Below are positions 28,009 to 32,306 of a DNA stretch of 32,306 bases, piece after piece. The number at the start of each line of letters is the position of its first letter. Positions within the stretch are counted from its first letter, which is position 1. Source of the stretch: a candidate division WOR-3 bacterium (lineage in GTDB: Bacteria; Hydrothermota; Tepidihabitantia; SM23-42; JAOAFX01); assembly GCA_037444665.1 (NCBI GenBank), contig JBBILZ010000027.1, positions 1 to 32,306 on the forward strand. The letters run 5' to 3'. A program made the translations under genes and the position numbers. Under the pieces are notes generated by a model. It worked only from the letters and a program-made list of their open reading frames with translations, made no database searches and was not told the DNA's origin.

Positions 28009-29745
28009 TTATTTGCCATAATATAGTTCATTAAATCTTTCCTTGATTGTCCAGTAAATATATAAAGGCATCACATCTGCCCTGATTTTATCTTTCTTTA
28101 TCCATCTACCACCTTCTCTTATCTTTTTTACACGAAAAATGTATATACCTGCCCTTGTCTCAAAAATTTTCTTCTCACCTTTTTCTGCGTCAAATACTGC
28201 TCTGGCAAGAGGATTCATCGCATCAGGATAAATTATTTTTTTAAAATCATATTTTTTTAATTTCTTTGCGCGCATACGCACTGCACTACTATCACTATTC
28301 TCCCATTTGAGAAATGTATATTCAATCTCTTTACTCGGTGGTTCAAGCAATTTGTCATCAGGCAACAAAAGTTTTCTTCTCAGATGTTCAAAACCTGCCA
28401 CATCAGATTGTATATACTTCACAAAATCTTCTCTGTTCAAACCCATTTTTCTAAAATCCTGTTCAGGGTTTAGAGATAAAGAATAAAGAAACTTTGCAAA
28501 TTCAAGGTCTTCACCGTATTTGATATAATTCATTCCTGCATAAACCCATTCTGTTTTTGGCAATTCAAAAAATATGCTGTCCAGAGTCTTTATAGAATTA
28601 TTTGTGCTGGACATACTATCAGATAAAACCAATGAACTATTTGTCAATATATTCAAATCTGCCATTGTGTCAAGTGATGCAAAATCAAAAAAGCATATAC
28701 CCCTTCCCCCATTTTTTCGCACAAAATCAATTTCTGTATTTGCCTGCATTTCCATACCCTTCCATAAAAATCCAATACCCATTATTGAACCAGGCATATG
28801 ATACATTGAGAAATTTAAAAAATCCTTAAAAAGATAGATATCTGGAGTATATGACATAACAACAGGGTAATCTATTACACCCTTCCATTGCCACCAATCC
28901 TGAGCATATTGATATGATGCCCGTGAAGGGCTGGAAACAGCAGCACAGGAAAGGATGCGATTCTTATTACACTTTTTCATCGCCGTATATATCTCGTATA
29001 CAGTTTCCTTGATATTCCTTTGCCGTTCTTTGTTTGCAAGATAAAAATTATAGATAATGTACCGATTGAAAAGATTGAGCTGGGGATATCTTAACAATGT
29101 TAGCCAGCGCAAGTCTCTGATATTCAAACCTGCAAGTAAAGCACATAACAAAGTATCATTAACACCCCAGAAAACTCCAGGATAGCGTATAAAATCAAGA
29201 TGTATACCATCCACTGCATATTTTGCAAGGACTTCGGTGCACATTGACTTAAGATACTCTCTGACTTCGCCTATTTCCGGATCAAGAAATGTTCCTTCTA
29301 AACCAAAATCCTGACGTTCAATCGGTGAATAATCAAGCATACTCCTGCCATACACATCTTTCAGAAACCAATCAGGATGGATATAATTTATGTGTTGGGT
29401 TGAATCAGGCAGGCTATCCATTGACCATATTAAAAAAGTATTAACCCAGGCATGTATCCTCAGATTTCGCATTTTTGCTAATTTAATTAATGAATCAAGA
29501 GGGTCATATTCTAATGGCGCATACTTTGCCAGATATTCACTTCGGGGTAGAATTTCAGATTTGTAGTATGCATATCCACCAACAACCACCTGGACATAGA
29601 GGTCAGTTATTTTTAATTGCTCAACGAGATTGATTATATTAGGGATAGACTCGGGCGAAGCAATTGATATTCCCCGAACCCACATACCACGGTGTGCAAG
29701 CACACCATTGTCAATATTGAGCAGACAAAAAATTATAAGCAGCAT
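28009..29745 (-). CDS. GHL10/DUF187 (YddW-like) glycoside hydrolase-like protein with C-terminal extension
   Basis: RGMWV, YDPL...IHAWVN, HPDW, FLDP, YAVDGIHLDFIRYP, QDWWQW, VMSY; signal-like N-terminus. Confidence 0.8.
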   Translation of the reverse strand: MLLIIFCLLNIDNGVLAHRGMWVRGISIASPESIPNIINLVEQLKITDLYVQVVVGGYAYYKSEILPRSEYLAKYAPLEYDPLDSLIKLAKMRNLRIHAWVNTFLIWSMDSLPDSTQHINYIHPDWFLKDVYGRSMLDYSPIERQDFGLEGTFLDPEIGEVREYLKSMCTEVLAKYAVDGIHLDFIRYPGVFWGVNDTLLCALLAGLNIRDLRWLTLLRYPQLNLFNRYIIYNFYLANKERQRNIKETVYEIYTAMKKCNKNRILSCAAVSSPSRASYQYAQDWWQWKGVIDYPVVMSYTPDIYLFKDFLNFSMYHMPGSIMGIGFLWKGMEMQANTEIDFVRKNGGRGICFFDFASLDTMADLNILTNSSLVLSDSMSSTNNSIKTLDSIFFELPKTEWVYAGMNYIKYGEDLEFAKFLYSLSLNPEQDFRKMGLNREDFVKYIQSDVAGFEHLRRKLLLPDDKLLEPPSKEIEYTFLKWENSDSSAVRMRAKKLKKYDFKKIIYPDAMNPLARAVFDAEKGEKKIFETRAGIYIFRVKKIREGGRWIKKDKIRADVMPLYIYWTIKERFNELYYGK

Positions 29746-29766
29746 ACCAATCCTGATTTATTCAAC

Positions 29767-31407
29767 TTATCTTCCAAATCTTTTATCCAGGTCATCAAGA
29801 TTTATTTTTATAACAATGGGTCTGCCATGCGGACAAATAAATGGATTTTCACAGGCAAAAAGTTTATCAATTAAACTCTGCATTTCTGCGGACGAGAGTC
29901 TTTGACCAGCCTTTATTGCCATCCTGCAGGCAATTATCTTTGCCAGTTCCTTTTTTTCATTCATAAAATTACCCAGATCGCCAATTTCACTGAAAAATCC
30001 CTCAAGGTCTTCTCTTGTTATCTTTGAATCAGATGGCAGTGTATCAATTACCAGGGTCCTACCAGAAAACTCTTTAAATTCAACACCTATTGATTTGAGC
30101 GTTTCTTTTGTGTGTTGATATATACGATATTCATCTGGTGTCAATTCAATGGTAATAGGAAAAAGAAGATGCTGTGCTGGTCCCCTGTTATTGAGAATAG
30201 ATTCATAGATAATTCTTTCGTGTGCAACATGCTGGTCAACAATTATCATACCCGTGCTGGTTTGAGCAAAGATATATGTATTGTGTAATTGCCAGAATTC
30301 TCCTGTTTCCTGCATCGCTGAAATGGGCTGGGCAGAATCGTGTGCCTGATATGATATTAAAGAATCCTGGACAAACCGAGCGTCTGGTTTTGCATCACCA
30401 GAAACAACCGGCTCAGAAGTATATTCTTTTACAACTGCGCGATGGAAAATTTTTTCTTTAATCGCCTGAGTCAACAAATCTATCACATACCTTTCCTCTT
30501 TTATCTTAACTTCACTCTTTGCCGGATGAATATTTACATCCAGTGACTGCGGAGGAATGTTGATATTTAAAAAAAATAGTGGCGGATTCTGAGGCTGTTG
30601 ATAAACTTCATTGATTATCCGCACAATACGCGGATATCTAACAGGCCTTGAGTTTACATAGATAAAATTAAAATTTGCCTTTTCATTAAAATCAGGAGGC
30701 GATAAAAAGCCATTAAAGGATATCTCACCGACTGACAATTCAAAGGGCAGTAATTTTTTAACAAGTGAATCAGGATAAATTTGCATCAACCTCATTTTTA
30801 GCGAATCTGCACAAGGGATATTTAAAATATTTCTGTTTGTATCAGATAATATAAAATGTACCTGGGGAGAAATCAATGCATAGGTTTTAACAACGTCAAT
30901 AATCAGGCGCTTTTCATACTCATCAGATTTCAAAAACTTCATACGGGCAGGTAGATTAAAGAAAAGATTGGACACCTTTATGCGGGTGCCCCTTTCACGA
31001 AATATATCAATAACCTGTTTACTACTCCCTGCCTCTACGCTAATCCTTGTTCCTTCATTACCATCAGAGGTTTCAAGTTCCAGCGAGGAAACATGGGCAA
31101 TGCTTGCCAGTGCCTCTCCGCGAAAACCAAATGTCTTAATATTTTCTATATCCTCAATATTTTCTATCTTACTTGTGGCATACCTTTCTAATGATAATAA
31201 GGCATCCTGCCTTGACATACCACAACCATCGTCATTCACCAGACATTTCTTTTTACCACCTGCTTCAATTTCTATTTCAATCCGTTTTGCACCCGCATCA
31301 AGAGAATTTTCAATCAATTCTTTTATCACTGAACTCGGACGAATAATGACCTCACCCGCAGCAATTTTTGAGCGGACTTCAGGTGAAAGGATTTTTATCC
31401 TGGGCAT
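29767..31407 (-). CDS. mutL: DNA mismatch repair endonuclease MutL
   Basis: IAAGEVI, KELIENSLDAGA, FGFRGEALASI, DVNIHPAK, DQHVAHERIIYE, CPHGRP; start placed at MPRIKIL (31407). Confidence 0.95.
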   Translation of the reverse strand: MPRIKILSPEVRSKIAAGEVIIRPSSVIKELIENSLDAGAKRIEIEIEAGGKKKCLVNDDGCGMSRQDALLSLERYATSKIENIEDIENIKTFGFRGEALASIAHVSSLELETSDGNEGTRISVEAGSSKQVIDIFRERGTRIKVSNLFFNLPARMKFLKSDEYEKRLIIDVVKTYALISPQVHFILSDTNRNILNIPCADSLKMRLMQIYPDSLVKKLLPFELSVGEISFNGFLSPPDFNEKANFNFIYVNSRPVRYPRIVRIINEVYQQPQNPPLFFLNINIPPQSLDVNIHPAKSEVKIKEERYVIDLLTQAIKEKIFHRAVVKEYTSEPVVSGDAKPDARFVQDSLISYQAHDSAQPISAMQETGEFWQLHNTYIFAQTSTGMIIVDQHVAHERIIYESILNNRGPAQHLLFPITIELTPDEYRIYQHTKETLKSIGVEFKEFSGRTLVIDTLPSDSKITREDLEGFFSEIGDLGNFMNEKKELAKIIACRMAIKAGQRLSSAEMQSLIDKLFACENPFICPHGRPIVIKINLDDLDKRFGR

Positions 31408-31412
31408 GGTAT

Positions 31413-31440
31413 ATTTTATAAAGTGCACAGGCAAAGTCAA
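31413..31440 (-). promoter_or_regulatory. Sigma70-type promoter for mutL (leaderless)
   Basis: Minus strand TTGACT-N16-TAAAAT, 5 nt before the ATG. Confidence 0.65.
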
Positions 31441-31461
31441 GCATTGCATTAAAAAATTGTA

Positions 31462-31489
31462 TTGACTTATGCCAATATTTTTATATAAT
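31462..31489 (+). promoter_or_regulatory. Sigma70-type promoter of the tRNA-Asn/GIY-YIG locus
   Basis: TTGACT-N16-TATAAT, 8 nt before the tRNA-Asn 5' remnant. Confidence 0.75.
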
Positions 31490-31497
31490 TAACTCAA

Positions 31498-31625
31498 TCC
31501 TCGGTAGCTTCAGCCTGAGGCTGACTCTGCCAGATGGCAGAGCAATGATAGTAGGGAAAAATTAACCTCAGGTGAAGTGGAGCATCCTCCGCCTAAGGCG
31601 GACTCGCCTCTGGCGAGGGCTGTTA
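31498..31625 (+). pseudogene. tRNA-Asn 5' half, interrupted by three inserts
   Basis: TCCTCGGTAGCT[33]CAATG[29]GTGGAGCATCC[30]GGCTGTTA; removing the inserts gives the first 36 nt of the intact tRNA at 31873. Confidence 0.85.
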
Positions 31626-31636
31626 GAGAGGTAGAA

Positions 31637-31882
31637 GTGTTTACAGTTTATGTAATTGAAAGTTTGAAGAATGGAAAAAGATATGTGGGTTTTACATCCA
31701 AACCGGTTAACCAAAGATTGAATGAACATAACCGGGGATGTAACAAGTGGGCAAGAGAGAATAGACCATTTAAGTTGGTCTATCAAGAGTTCTTTGACAA
31801 CGAAAAAGATGCCCGAAAACGAGAAGTTTTTTTAAAATCGGGTCAAGGAAGAAAATTATTAAACACTAAAATTCCTCGGTAG
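31637..31882 (+). CDS. Small stand-alone GIY-YIG nuclease (UPF0213/SLX1-like), 81 aa
   Basis: VYVIES...RYVGFT...RLNEHN...REVFLKSGQGR; GTG start after GAGAGG. Confidence 0.88.
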   Translation: MFTVYVIESLKNGKRYVGFTSKPVNQRLNEHNRGCNKWARENRPFKLVYQEFFDNEKDARKREVFLKSGQGRKLLNTKIPR

Positions 31883-31944
31883 CTCAATGGTGGAGCATCC
31901 GGCTGTTAACCGGAGGGTTGCAGGTTCGAGTCCTGCCCGAGGAG
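31873..31944 (+). tRNA. tRNA-Asn(GTT), intact copy without CCA
   Basis: Acceptor TCCTCGG/CCGAGGA, anticodon arm TCCGG-CTGTTAA-CCGGA, T arm GCAGG-TTCGAGT-CCTGC. Confidence 0.95.
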
Positions 31945-31950
31945 TTATTT

Positions 31951-32220
31951 ATGACCATCATGTCATATTTTGTTTATATCCTGCGTTCAGTTTCAACCGG
32001 GAAAATATATATCGGTCATACAATGAATCTACAACATAGAATTGCACAGCATAATGATTTAAACAATAGATTGACACTTCATACCAAGAGGAATACTGGC
32101 CCCTGGGAAGTGCTCTATTATGAAGAATATAAAACAAGAGCTGAAGCAATGAGGCGTGAGCGATTTTTGAAAACAGGCCACGGACGGAATTTTATTCATA
32201 GAGTGGTGTTAAAAAAATAG
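31951..32220 (+). CDS. Small stand-alone GIY-YIG nuclease (UPF0213/SLX1-like), 89 aa
   Basis: VYILRS...IYIGHT...RIAQHN...RERFLKTGHGR; ATG 31951 (alternative start 31960). Confidence 0.88.
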   Translation: MTIMSYFVYILRSVSTGKIYIGHTMNLQHRIAQHNDLNNRLTLHTKRNTGPWEVLYYEEYKTRAEAMRRERFLKTGHGRNFIHRVVLKK

Positions 32221-32222
32221 TA

Positions 32223-32281
32223 TTAACCGGAGGGTTGTTCGCCATACAGTGTGGCGAATTCGAGTCCTGCCCGAGGAGCCA
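32223..32281 (+). pseudogene. tRNA-Asn 3' half with hairpin substitution and encoded CCA
   Basis: TTAACCGGAGGGTTG[TTCGCCATACAGTGTGGCGAA replacing CAGG]TTCGAGTCCTGCCCGAGGAGCCA. Confidence 0.85.
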
Positions 32282-32306
32282 GATTGAACGATTTTTCAAA
32301 CCTATA

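Noticed and set aside
31577..31636. N-terminal 20 aa of GIY-YIG #1 in the ORF track (likewise 31918-31950 for #2)
   Set aside because: These codons are tRNA and hairpin sequence; SD-backed starts are at 31637 and 31951
31626..32222. Group I intron with homing endonuclease in the tRNA anticodon loop
   Set aside because: No room or sequence for a ribozyme core; the interval is filled by two short ORFs and an intact tRNA, and the flanking halves are disrupted

Overview
AT-rich chromosomal segment from a diderm bacterium. A T9SS-like C-terminal domain, BamA/Skp/LolA and the overall gene style suggest an FCB-associated candidate lineage such as WOR-3 (inference). Most genes are housekeeping or envelope genes: a heterodimeric ABC exporter, an RluA-family synthase, a lolA-thioesterase-rimO-OMP-TPR-lyase operon, clpC-bamA-skp, a TMTC-like GT-C/TPR protein, an acylating aldehyde dehydrogenase, tRNA-Arg(ACG)-tadA-tRNA-Ser(CGA), priA, an ArsR regulator, deoC, a GHL10 protein and mutL. 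The standout feature is at the right end. A tRNA-Asn(GTT) locus is split at the anticodon loop, with a 5' half behind the promoter and a CCA-bearing 3' half. Between them sit two small GIY-YIG nuclease genes interlocked with an intact tRNA-Asn copy. The remnant halves carry 21-33 nt inserts, three of four being GCC/GGC-core hairpins. Similar hairpins interrupt a REP element and replace a conserved motif in priA. Other notable points: all 12 recognisable TTGA-type promoters have a 16-bp spacer, the tryptophanase-family enzyme lacks the catalytic Tyr, the ArsR gene is bracketed by 55-bp direct repeats, a ~127-nt hairpin precedes tRNA-Ser, and there is an unannotated 53-aa membrane protein. All family calls come from reading motifs; no database searches were run.
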